A DNA stretch of 56,191 nucleotides from assembly GCA_045598025.1 (NCBI GenBank), contig JAZLLH010000059.1, positions 1 to 56,191 on the forward strand, given 5' to 3'. The notes under the pieces are model-generated. The model searched no databases. It was not told the DNA's origin and saw nothing but the letters and a program-made list of their open reading frames with translations. Below are positions 17,191-25,779 of the stretch, piece by piece (the first letter of the stretch is position 1; each line of letters opens with the position of its first letter). Both the position numbers and the translations under genes were made by a program. The DNA is from Bacteroidales bacterium. Its GTDB lineage: Bacteria; Bacteroidota; Bacteroidia; Bacteroidales; WCHB1-69.

Positions 17191-17894
17191 ACGGGGATAC
17201 TCAATTGTTCGCATGCTACAATGGATGCGTGCTGTTCCGCATTCTTAATGATGGTGTCGCATCCGTTGGCAATCCATTCATTATTGACATATAGTGATAC
17301 CACATACAGATTCCGGTTGTTGTATTTCAACTCTTTACTGATTTGGTACCGTATTTCGCTTTTGTTTTTCTGCCCCCAGGCCATTACTTTTCCTTTGAAA
17401 TTGGAAGTGGATTCCGCTATTTCTTTGAATGCCGTTTGTTGTTCCAACAGGTAGTTCAGGATGATTTTTTGGGTAAAATCTCCTCCTTTGTCCAAATAGA
17501 GGGCTCCCAAAAAAGCCATCAGAATGTCACTGTTGATGTAATCCCTCAGTAACAGAAATTTTTCGTCAGTCTGAGGATAACAATCCATCTTCAGACGCTG
17601 GGCAATGCGGCTCAGGTAGGCGTGGTGCGTGACTTTCTGATACAGGTCCTGAATCTGTTCTGAGGTAGAAAGCAGGTATTTCCGATAGAGGAAAAGGCAG
17701 AGCGAACTTCTCAGTATGGTTTCACCCAGGCAACTCAGCCTTTCGTTATTTTCCGATAGGGAGGGTTCCAATAGCGGAATGGCCCATGCTTTTCTGTAAG
17801 TGTGCAAGCGGTTGCGTTTCGGCCTGAAACCGCAAATGGTTTTAAGATATGCCTGAAATTCCTTGTCTTTTGCAAATATCGGTTCGTTTGGCAT
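17187..17894 (-). CDS. rnc: Ribonuclease III homolog with degenerate catalytic signature and a dsRNA-binding domain
   Basis: Position directly after fabF; NNERLSCLGETIL (canonical NERLEFLGDAIL); DILMAFLGALYLDKG (canonical DAFEALIGAIYLD); C-terminal NFKGKVMAWGQK...KNAEQHA dsRBD. Confidence 0.8.
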   Translation of the reverse strand: MPNEPIFAKDKEFQAYLKTICGFRPKRNRLHTYRKAWAIPLLEPSLSENNERLSCLGETILRSSLCLFLYRKYLLSTSEQIQDLYQKVTHHAYLSRIAQRLKMDCYPQTDEKFLLLRDYINSDILMAFLGALYLDKGGDFTQKIILNYLLEQQTAFKEIAESTSNFKGKVMAWGQKNKSEIRYQISKELKYNNRNLYVVSLYVNNEWIANGCDTIIKNAEQHASIVACEQLSIPV

Positions 17895-17896
17895 AT

Positions 17897-19147
17897 TTAA
17901 CGATTCTCGTGCTTTTGAAAAAGTATGGAGGTGTTGTGTCCACCGAATCCGAACGAATTGGATATGGCAACCCGAATTTCTTTTTTCAAGGGATGGTCAA
18001 GTACAATATCCAGATCGGAAGGGATGTTTTCATCTTTTTGGTCTACATTGAGTGTGGGCGGTACCATGCCATGCTGTATGGATAATATGGCGGAAATGGC
18101 TTCGACCGCTCCGGCTGCACCCATCAGATGCCCAAATACGGATTTGTTGGCTGTCAGTGCCAGATGATCAGTATGCCCTGCAAATAATTTGCAAATGGCG
18201 CGAATTTCAGCGAGATCACCGGCCAAGGTGGAGGTGGCATGGGCGTTGACGTGGTCCACTTCCTCCGCACGGACGCCAGCTTCTTCCATCGCATAACGCA
18301 TGGACAATTCGGCGCCTATGCCTTCCGGATGCGGGAGGGTGATGTGATAGGCATCCGCAGAAAGTCCGACACCTCCTATTTCCGCATATATCCGTGCCCC
18401 TCTTCGAAGGGCGTGTTCCCTTTCCTCCAAAACGAGGGCTCCCGCGCCTTCTCCCATGACAAAACCATCCCGGTTCGCATCAAACGGACGGGATGCCGTC
18501 TGCGGACTTTCATTCCGAGTGGAAAGAGCCCGGGTGGAATTGAATGCGGCTATGCTCACAGCATTGATAGGAGCTTCCGAACCTCCGGTAACGATGACGT
18601 CCGCTTTTCCGAGACGGATATGGGCGGTTGCATCGGCAATGGCATTGGCAGAGGAAGCGCAGGCAGAGGAAACGGAGTAGTTGACTCCCATGTATCCGTG
18701 TCGGATGGCAATCTGCCCGGAGGCTATATCGGAAATTACTTTGGTGACGAAAAAGGGAGAAATTCTGGGGTCTTCCAATTCCAGCAACCGGCCTTCTTCA
18801 TAAAAGGTGGTAGAACCACCCATTCCGGTACTGAAAATGACTCCTACACGCGCTTTGTCAACTCCATCTTCCTCCAATCTGGCATCCCGTATGGCCTCGT
18901 CCGAGGCCGCGATGGCAAACTGGGAGAACAAATCAAGTTTGCGTGCTTCCTTGCGGTCAATATACTGAAGGATGTCAAAATCCTTCACTTCGCAGGCGAA
19001 GCGGGTCTTGAAATGTGAAGCGTCAAAACGGGTGATGGGGCCGGCACCGCTTACACCGGACAACAGATTGTCCCAGAAAGAGGAACAGTCATTGCCTATC
19101 GGTGTAAGGGCCCCCAAGCCGGTAACAACAACTCTTCTTAATTCCAT
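17897..19147 (-). CDS. fabF: Beta-ketoacyl-ACP synthase II
   Basis: RRVVVTGLG, SSACASS (catalytic Cys), VNAHATST, KSVFGHLMGAAG, SNSFGFGGHN. Confidence 0.95.
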   Translation of the reverse strand: MELRRVVVTGLGALTPIGNDCSSFWDNLLSGVSGAGPITRFDASHFKTRFACEVKDFDILQYIDRKEARKLDLFSQFAIAASDEAIRDARLEEDGVDKARVGVIFSTGMGGSTTFYEEGRLLELEDPRISPFFVTKVISDIASGQIAIRHGYMGVNYSVSSACASSANAIADATAHIRLGKADVIVTGGSEAPINAVSIAAFNSTRALSTRNESPQTASRPFDANRDGFVMGEGAGALVLEEREHALRRGARIYAEIGGVGLSADAYHITLPHPEGIGAELSMRYAMEEAGVRAEEVDHVNAHATSTLAGDLAEIRAICKLFAGHTDHLALTANKSVFGHLMGAAGAVEAISAILSIQHGMVPPTLNVDQKDENIPSDLDIVLDHPLKKEIRVAISNSFGFGGHNTSILFQKHENR

Positions 19148-19165
19148 AAGAAGGGAAGTTTGAAA

Positions 19166-19405
19166 CTATTTTTCAGCGACAGCGGCTGATACGAAATTGA
19201 TAGCGTCCTGAATGGTTTGGATCTTTTCCTGTTCTTCTTCCGGAATTTTGATTTTGAATTCGCTTTCGAAAGCCATCAGCAGTTCTACATTGTCCAAAGA
19301 ATCGGCGCCGAGGTCGTTAACGAAACTTTTTTCGGGCGTGATTTCTGCAACATCTCTTCCTAATTTGTCTGCAACAATGGCAATAACTTTTTCTTCAATG
19401 TTCAT
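19166..19405 (-). CDS. acpP: Acyl carrier protein
   Basis: [12 protein letters not shown] phosphopantetheine motif; 79 aa from ATG 19405; upstream of fabF. Confidence 0.95.
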   Translation of the reverse strand: MNIEEKVIAIVADKLGRDVAEITPEKSFVNDLGADSLDNVELLMAFESEFKIKIPEEEQEKIQTIQDAINFVSAAVAEK

Positions 19406-19438
19406 AATAAGCGTTTTTAAAAGTTTTGTTTTAGAGTG

Positions 19439-19446
19439 CAAAATTA
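19439..19446 (-). promoter_or_regulatory. -7 box (TAATTTTG) for acpP-fabF-rnc-TBDR-tcdA
   Basis: TAnnTTTG ~35 nt upstream of the acpP ATG. Confidence 0.6.
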
Positions 19447-19481
19447 ACACTTTTTGGAACATCTGACGTTTTTTTTTGTCT

Positions 19482-19489
19482 TAATTTTG
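19482..19489 (+). promoter_or_regulatory. -7 box (TAATTTTG) for the YfcC gene
   Basis: TAnnTTTG; divergent partner of the 19439 box. Confidence 0.55.
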
Positions 19490-19547
19490 CCTAAAAATTG
19501 TAACATATTGATATTTTGAATATTTTTGCAAAAAAAAATACGCAGTC

Positions 19548-21158
19548 ATGAAAAAAGGCAAATCAGGGATACCCCATACTTTCACCATCGTGTTTTTTGT
19601 GATTTTGGTAGCAGCATTGCTCACCTGGTTGCTTCCGGGTGGAGAGTTTGTTCGGACTTCGGTGGAGGTTCCGGGAAGCGGCACCCGTGAGGTGGTAGTT
19701 CCGGGTTCCTATCATTCGGTCGGTCATCAGTGGCAGACATGGCAGGTTTTTTCTTCTTTGTATGACGGATTTGTCCGGACGTCCCACATCATCGTATTCA
19801 TTTTTATGATAGGCGGAAGTTTTTGGATTGTCAATCACACCCGAGCGGTTGAGGTGGGGGTTTCTTCTTTTTTGAGCAGTGTCAGCCGTTGGCAACAAAA
19901 AAAACTGTTTCGTAATTTCCGGGCGGATTCGCTTATAATAATACTGATTATGCTGATGTTCAGTTTGTTTGGAGCGGTATTCGGAATGAGTGAAGAAACT
20001 TTGGCTTTCATGGCGGTGTTCGTTCCTTTGGCCGTTTCCATGGGTTATGATTCTTTGGTCGGCATGGGCATGTGCTATTTGGCTGCTCATGTCGGTTTTG
20101 CCGGTGGCATGCTGAATCCTTTTACCATCGGGATAGCACAGGGTTTGGCCGAGTTGCCGGCATTTTCGGGATTGGGGTACCGTTTTCTGTGCTGGGGTAT
20201 CTTTACTGCAGCGGGTATTTTTTTCGTGCTCCGTTATGCTTCCCGCTTACGCAAAAATCCCCGTCTGTCACCCATGTATGAAGCGGATGCATACTGGCGG
20301 GAACGTCTGTCCGGGAAAGAGGATTCCGAAATGGTGAAGCCGGCGGGACCTTTTGCCTGGGCTGTGTTCGCTGCCGTGTTCCTGACGGGCATTCTGCTTT
20401 CTTTTGCATTTCCCATGACGGAAATCAGTCTGAGTCAAAGTGTGTGCCGTCTTCCATTGGTGCCCGTATGCACGGGATTGTTTCTGTTATCGGCCGTTCC
20501 GGCACTGAAAAAAAATGTTCAGCTGTTTATTATGGATTTGCTGCTGACAACCATATTGGCCCTCGTCGTGGGTGTATTGGGCTATGGCTGGTACATCCGC
20601 GAAATAGCGGCTTTGTTTCTGGCGCTCGGCATATTATCCGGAATTGCCTATCGTTGTTCTTTGGATGCCATCATGCGTCTGTTCCTGGAAGGGTGCAAGG
20701 ATATGTTGACCGCAGCGCTGGTAGTGGGTCTGGCCGGAGGTATCATTGTAATATTGCAGGACGGCAAAGTAATAGATACTATGCTGTATGCCATGTCTGA
20801 GGCTGTGAGCGGAGCCGGACGCGTGGTCTCCGTCGGAGGAATGTATCTGTTTCAAAACGGCTTGAATCTGGCTATTCCCTCCGGATCGGCCAAGGCAGCA
20901 TTGACCATCCCTATCATGGCTCCGTTTTCCGATTTGTTGGACATATCCCGGCAAACGATGGTCCTTGCTTTTCAGTTCGGCGACGGTATTACCAATATGG
21001 TAACTCCTGCTTCCGGTGTGCTGGTCGGATGTCTCGGCGTGGCCAAAGTGCCGTACTCCGTATGGATGAAATGGATTGGCAGATGGATTATCCTGCTGTT
21101 CGTCATCGGTTTTCTGTTGCTGTTGCCCACTTTGTATTTTCCAATCAGCGGATTCTGA
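19548..21158 (+). CDS. YfcC/DcuC-family (AbgT-like) membrane transporter
   Basis: IPHTFTIVF, FGAVFGMSEE, GMLNPFTIGIAQ, IPSGSAKA, AFQFGDG.TN..TP.SG; many TM segments. Confidence 0.85.
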   Translation: MKKGKSGIPHTFTIVFFVILVAALLTWLLPGGEFVRTSVEVPGSGTREVVVPGSYHSVGHQWQTWQVFSSLYDGFVRTSHIIVFIFMIGGSFWIVNHTRAVEVGVSSFLSSVSRWQQKKLFRNFRADSLIIILIMLMFSLFGAVFGMSEETLAFMAVFVPLAVSMGYDSLVGMGMCYLAAHVGFAGGMLNPFTIGIAQGLAELPAFSGLGYRFLCWGIFTAAGIFFVLRYASRLRKNPRLSPMYEADAYWRERLSGKEDSEMVKPAGPFAWAVFAAVFLTGILLSFAFPMTEISLSQSVCRLPLVPVCTGLFLLSAVPALKKNVQLFIMDLLLTTILALVVGVLGYGWYIREIAALFLALGILSGIAYRCSLDAIMRLFLEGCKDMLTAALVVGLAGGIIVILQDGKVIDTMLYAMSEAVSGAGRVVSVGGMYLFQNGLNLAIPSGSAKAALTIPIMAPFSDLLDISRQTMVLAFQFGDGITNMVTPASGVLVGCLGVAKVPYSVWMKWIGRWIILLFVIGFLLLLPTLYFPISGF

Positions 21159-21294
21159 GCCAGCCGCTCTAAGTTTCCTCGTCGGCGGATGCGGTGGCTG
21201 GAATGTCCGGATAGGGAAAACGTAAATTTTTATGTCTCCGCATGGAATTTGTATTGGAATTTTATGGAAATTTGCATTTTATTATTATAATGGA

Positions 21295-22749
21295 ATGAAA
21301 GGTACGAGCAGATGGATCCGGTACGTGAAGGTGTGTGCAAGCATGCTGTTTGTTTGGAGCGTTCTCTGTATGGGCGGATGCCGGAAGGATACCCGTTTCG
21401 AAGGAGAGGCGGAATTGCATTTTTCTTCGGCCAGCGTTACGTTTGATACCGTATTCACGTCGCTTTCTACCGTGACAGAGCGTTTGATTGTAACCAATCC
21501 CTATCCCGGAGATGTGTATACGGACGTGTTTTTGCAGGGCGGGGCGAATTCCTGTTTCTCCGTCAATGTGGATGGTGTTCCCTGCACTTCTTTGAAAAAT
21601 GTGTGCATTCCCGCGAAGGACAGTATTTTTATCTTCATCAAGGCCAATGTCATGCCCAACGGCCAGGATACTCCCCTGCTGGTAGTGGATACCCTGCGTT
21701 TTATGACCAATGGCGGCCGTCAGGATGTGCCTTTGTTTGTGTACGGTCAGGATGCACATTTCATCGTGGCCGATAGCCGGGTGGGCTCCATTCCGTACAA
21801 AATCGTGGCAGCCGAAGGAGAACACCGTGTGTGGAAAAACGACAAACCGTATGTCATATACGGGTTTGCCGTGGTGGATTCGGTCGGCAAACTGGAAATC
21901 GAAGCGGGAACCCGCATCTATATTCATAAGAACGGCGGACTGTGGGTTTATAAAGGCGGCTGTCTGAAAGTGCGGGGCACGGAAGATGAACCGGTTGTAT
22001 TCCAAGGTGACAGAACGGAGGATTTCTATCAGAAGGACTATGAACAGTGGAGCCGCATCTGGATTAATGAGGGAACAGAGGATAACGAAATTGATCATGC
22101 CGTGATAAAAAACGCATATATCGGGATACAGGCGGAGATTCTGGACGGCAGTATGGGCAACCGGCTGCTGCTTTCCAATACCTGGATTCAAAAATCGGCC
22201 GGAATCGGGTTCCTGGGGCGCGGCTATACCGTGGAAGCCCGGAACAATGTTTTTTCCGATTGCGGACAATATGCACTGGCTCTGGTGCAGGGCGGAAACT
22301 ACACTTTCGAGCACAATACAGTGTGCAATTTTTACCGCCTGGCAGCGCGCAAGACACCTTCCGTCTTTTTCAGCAATTATTATGATGTGGGGAATGTGCG
22401 ATATGTAGCGGATTTCAAGGCAAATTTCGTCAATAATGTCATTTGGGGAAGTCAGAAGCGGGAATTCTCCTGCAGCAAGGAGGAGTCGGCCCGTTTTGAG
22501 GCTTCCATGCGCTATGGTCTGCTACGTTGCGACACGGTGTATCCCGATGTATTTGAGGCTGGTCTGTTGCGGAATAAGGACCCGATGTTGGAAAACTATT
22601 CCAAGGATATTTTTGAGCCCAAAGAAGGTTCTCCCTGTCTGGGAGCCGGATTTTATTTGCAGACCTGTCCTTATGACAAAAAAGGGATTGCCCGGAGCAA
22701 CCCGCCCACTTTGGGAGCTTATGAACAAGTATACAAAAACGAAGAATAA
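21295..22749 (+). CDS. Putative lipoprotein with Ig-like domain and right-handed beta-helix
   Basis: Lipobox-like MGGC; FSSASVTFDTVFT, FSVNVDG, GQDAHF, W.NDKPYVIYG, IFQGDR.E, IKNA..GI turns. Start moved to ATG 21295. Confidence 0.65.
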   Translation: MKGTSRWIRYVKVCASMLFVWSVLCMGGCRKDTRFEGEAELHFSSASVTFDTVFTSLSTVTERLIVTNPYPGDVYTDVFLQGGANSCFSVNVDGVPCTSLKNVCIPAKDSIFIFIKANVMPNGQDTPLLVVDTLRFMTNGGRQDVPLFVYGQDAHFIVADSRVGSIPYKIVAAEGEHRVWKNDKPYVIYGFAVVDSVGKLEIEAGTRIYIHKNGGLWVYKGGCLKVRGTEDEPVVFQGDRTEDFYQKDYEQWSRIWINEGTEDNEIDHAVIKNAYIGIQAEILDGSMGNRLLLSNTWIQKSAGIGFLGRGYTVEARNNVFSDCGQYALALVQGGNYTFEHNTVCNFYRLAARKTPSVFFSNYYDVGNVRYVADFKANFVNNVIWGSQKREFSCSKEESARFEASMRYGLLRCDTVYPDVFEAGLLRNKDPMLENYSKDIFEPKEGSPCLGAGFYLQTCPYDKKGIARSNPPTLGAYEQVYKNEE

Positions 22750-22764
22750 ATCCATAAATCACCT

Positions 22765-24717
22765 ATGATGAAACATCTATCCATTTTTCGACTGCTGTTG
22801 CCGTTGCTCTTTGTTCTGCCGATGATGCAGTCAACGGCCCAGGATGTCAAGTCGTCCACCAACAAAAAAGCTATCAAACAGTATCAGAAAGGCTACGAGT
22901 ACATCCGCAACCGCCAGTTTGCCGATGCCATACATTATGCAAAAATGGCCATACAGGAGGATCCTTCTTTCACCGAGGCCTACATCATGGTGGCTGAGGG
23001 TTATTCGATTATCGGAGAGTCGGATCTGGCCGTGTTATACTATACCAAAGCCATCTATGTTGACCCGGATTTTTCTCCCAAGTTCTACTATTTTACAGCC
23101 CGGGAATATATGCGTTGCAACAAGTACAACGAAGCGCTGGATTTTTTTGCCCAGTATTTCGAGCATGCGGGTATCGACAAATCCAAGGCTTCAGCCGATG
23201 AGCGCAGCTATTATGACCAGTGCGTGTACAGAGCCAAACTGATGACGGATTCCAACCACATCCGGCTGGTCAATATGGGGCCGAATATCAATTCGCCCTT
23301 GGATGAGTATCAGCCGTCGTTCACAGCGGATGAATCTGAACTTATCTTCACCGTTCTGCGTCCGGCGGATGCTCTGACCGAGTGCAAGGGCTGTTCTACG
23401 GAGGAGGATTTGTACATCAGTCGTTTGCAGAACGGGGAATGGCAGCCGAGAAGGCCTTTGGGTGCTCCGGTAAATTCCCATTTCAACGAAGGGGCGCAAT
23501 GTATTTCCCCCGATGGAAAATATGTGCTTTTTACTGCCTGTAACCGTGATGACGGATACGGAAGCTGTGATTTATACTGGTCGAAAAAAGTAGGAGATCA
23601 ATGGACTGTTCCCCAAAATATGGGGAAACCTGTCAATACCCAGTATTGGGAATCCCAACCGACTTTCGGTGCGGACGGGAAAACCATCTATTATACTTCC
23701 AATCGTCCCGGGGGAAAAGGTAAATGCGATATTTGGATGACCACCATGAAGGAGGACGGTGTCTTTACGGATCCTGTCAATGTCGGGGAACCTATCAATA
23801 CCAACGGGGACGAGACGGCTCCGTATCTGCACCCCAACGGAATGGTGCTCTATTTCGTTTCCAACGGACATCCGGGTATGGGAGGTCAGGACTTGTTCTA
23901 TAGCCTCCAGAGCAGTAACGGGAAATGGAATCAGCCTATCAATATGGGGTATCCCATCAATACTGAGGCAGATGAATCCAATATCGTGGTCAATGCCAAG
24001 GGTACCCGCGGCTTTGTTTCTTCCAGCAAGGATGGGGGAAAGGGGCGCATGGATATCTACTGGTTTGAGATGCCGGAGAAATTGAGACCCCAGCCGATAA
24101 CCTATCTGAAGGGACGTATTTTCAATGCCAAGGATTCTTCCGCCCTTTGCGCCAAATTCAAAGTGATTGACTTGGAAACCGGGAAGGAAAGGGTAATGTC
24201 TACTTCCGATCCGGAAACGGGAGAATTTCTGGTATGTATTCCTACGAACGGAAGCTATGCACTGCATGCCCACCATCCGGATTTTCTGTTTTATTCCGCC
24301 AATTTTGAATTGGATTCCTCCTATAGCCTGAAACCCTATATAAAGGATATCTACATGAGTCCTATAGCTTTGGGACAGAGCATTGTGCTGAACAATGTGT
24401 TCTTCGACACGGACAAGGATAATTTGAAACCGGAGTCGGAAGTCGAATTGAACAATCTGGTGGAACTGATGCGCAACAATCCGAAAATGCGCGTTGAAAT
24501 ATCCGGACATACGGACAATCAGGGAAGCCGGGAACACAATACCACACTGTCCCGCAACCGGGCAAAAGCTGTGTATGATTATCTGGTATCCAAAGGAATC
24601 AAGGCCGACCGCATGCGTTATAAAGGATACGGATTCGATCAGCCCGTGGCAGATAACGCCACGCCGGAAGGCAGGGCGTTGAATCGTCGGACGGAATTCA
24701 AGATTGTCGGTTATTAG
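22765..24717 (+). CDS. OmpA family protein with TPR, PD40 propeller and carboxypeptidase-like domains (PorE-like architecture)
   Basis: N-terminal TPRs; repeated N..P.NS...E..P...DG PD40 units; C-terminal LNNVFFDT...ISGHTD...LSRNRAKAV...NRRTEF. Confidence 0.9.
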   Translation: MMKHLSIFRLLLPLLFVLPMMQSTAQDVKSSTNKKAIKQYQKGYEYIRNRQFADAIHYAKMAIQEDPSFTEAYIMVAEGYSIIGESDLAVLYYTKAIYVDPDFSPKFYYFTAREYMRCNKYNEALDFFAQYFEHAGIDKSKASADERSYYDQCVYRAKLMTDSNHIRLVNMGPNINSPLDEYQPSFTADESELIFTVLRPADALTECKGCSTEEDLYISRLQNGEWQPRRPLGAPVNSHFNEGAQCISPDGKYVLFTACNRDDGYGSCDLYWSKKVGDQWTVPQNMGKPVNTQYWESQPTFGADGKTIYYTSNRPGGKGKCDIWMTTMKEDGVFTDPVNVGEPINTNGDETAPYLHPNGMVLYFVSNGHPGMGGQDLFYSLQSSNGKWNQPINMGYPINTEADESNIVVNAKGTRGFVSSSKDGGKGRMDIYWFEMPEKLRPQPITYLKGRIFNAKDSSALCAKFKVIDLETGKERVMSTSDPETGEFLVCIPTNGSYALHAHHPDFLFYSANFELDSSYSLKPYIKDIYMSPIALGQSIVLNNVFFDTDKDNLKPESEVELNNLVELMRNNPKMRVEISGHTDNQGSREHNTTLSRNRAKAVYDYLVSKGIKADRMRYKGYGFDQPVADNATPEGRALNRRTEFKIVGY

Positions 24718-25655
24718 TGGATGCTCTTTCGGCAACATCGGAAGAACGGATTCGTCGCAAAGCGTCGGAACTCGGTTTTTCGGCCTGCGGATTCGCGGAT
24801 TGTGCAGATTTTTCTTCAGAAGTGTCCTACTTCGAGCAATGGCTGCAGGAAGGGAATCAGTCGGAAATGGAATATCTCTCCCGCAACAGGGAGTTGCGTT
24901 ATCATCCGTCCCTGCTGTCGGAAGGCTGTCATTCAGTGGTGGTACTGCTGTTGAATTACCACCGAAAGGATTATGCCTCTTTGAAGAGTTCTTCCTATTG
25001 TGTTTCCGAATATGCATTGGGAAGAGATTATCACCTGGTGATGCGAGAACGGCTTCATCTTCTGTCCGCATACATGCAGACTTTGGGCAAGGATGTCCGT
25101 TGCCGTTGCTGCGTAGACACGGCTCCTGTACTGGAAAAAGCCATGGCAGCCCGGGCCGGTTTGGGCTGGATCGGGAAAAATACGCTCCTTCAAACAGATT
25201 CCGGCAGTCGCTTCTTCATAGGCGAGGTCTTCACGAGCCTTCCGCTTCAGGCCGGACATCCCATCGAAAATGCTTGCGGAAGTTGCAGGGCCTGCGTAGA
25301 TGCCTGTCCCACACATGCTCTGTCGGAGCCTTACCGCTTGGACGCCCGTCGCTGTCTGTCCTGTCAGACGATTGAGCGTCGTTCGCTGCCGTTGCCGCCT
25401 TTTCTCCGGAAGGCTATGTCCAAAACGATCTACGGTTGCGATGTGTGCCAAAGGGTTTGTCCTTATAATGCGCATTCAAAAGAAACAGAAATAAGTGATT
25501 TTTTGAGAGTTCCAAATTGGTTTTCGTGGACGGATTCCGATTGGGAGCAGATGGATGCTTCCGATTTCAAAGCCGCATTTGGAGATTCGGCTATGCAGCG
25601 TGCGGGTTGGGAACTTTTGCGCGAAAATATTCAAGCTGCATCGGAAAACCACTGA
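24717..25655 (+). CDS. queG: tRNA epoxyqueuosine(34) reductase
   Basis: YALGRDYH, VDTAPVLEKA, GLGWIGKN, CGSCRACVDACPT, GCDVCQRVCPYN. Confidence 0.93.
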   Translation: MDALSATSEERIRRKASELGFSACGFADCADFSSEVSYFEQWLQEGNQSEMEYLSRNRELRYHPSLLSEGCHSVVVLLLNYHRKDYASLKSSSYCVSEYALGRDYHLVMRERLHLLSAYMQTLGKDVRCRCCVDTAPVLEKAMAARAGLGWIGKNTLLQTDSGSRFFIGEVFTSLPLQAGHPIENACGSCRACVDACPTHALSEPYRLDARRCLSCQTIERRSLPLPPFLRKAMSKTIYGCDVCQRVCPYNAHSKETEISDFLRVPNWFSWTDSDWEQMDASDFKAAFGDSAMQRAGWELLRENIQAASENH

Positions 25656-25710
25656 TATTAAATCTTTGTGCTTTTATTGTCGGGGAAGGAATTCCTATTG
25701 TTTTTTTTTG

Positions 25711-25718
25711 TATCTTTG
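25711..25718 (+). promoter_or_regulatory. -7 box (TATCTTTG) for secA
   Basis: TAnnTTTG ~60 nt upstream of the ATG. Confidence 0.6.
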
Positions 25719-25779
25719 CGCTCCATGTCCTTTGGACAAAGGAAAAACATAACTGATTGAAATATTGAACTGAATAGAT

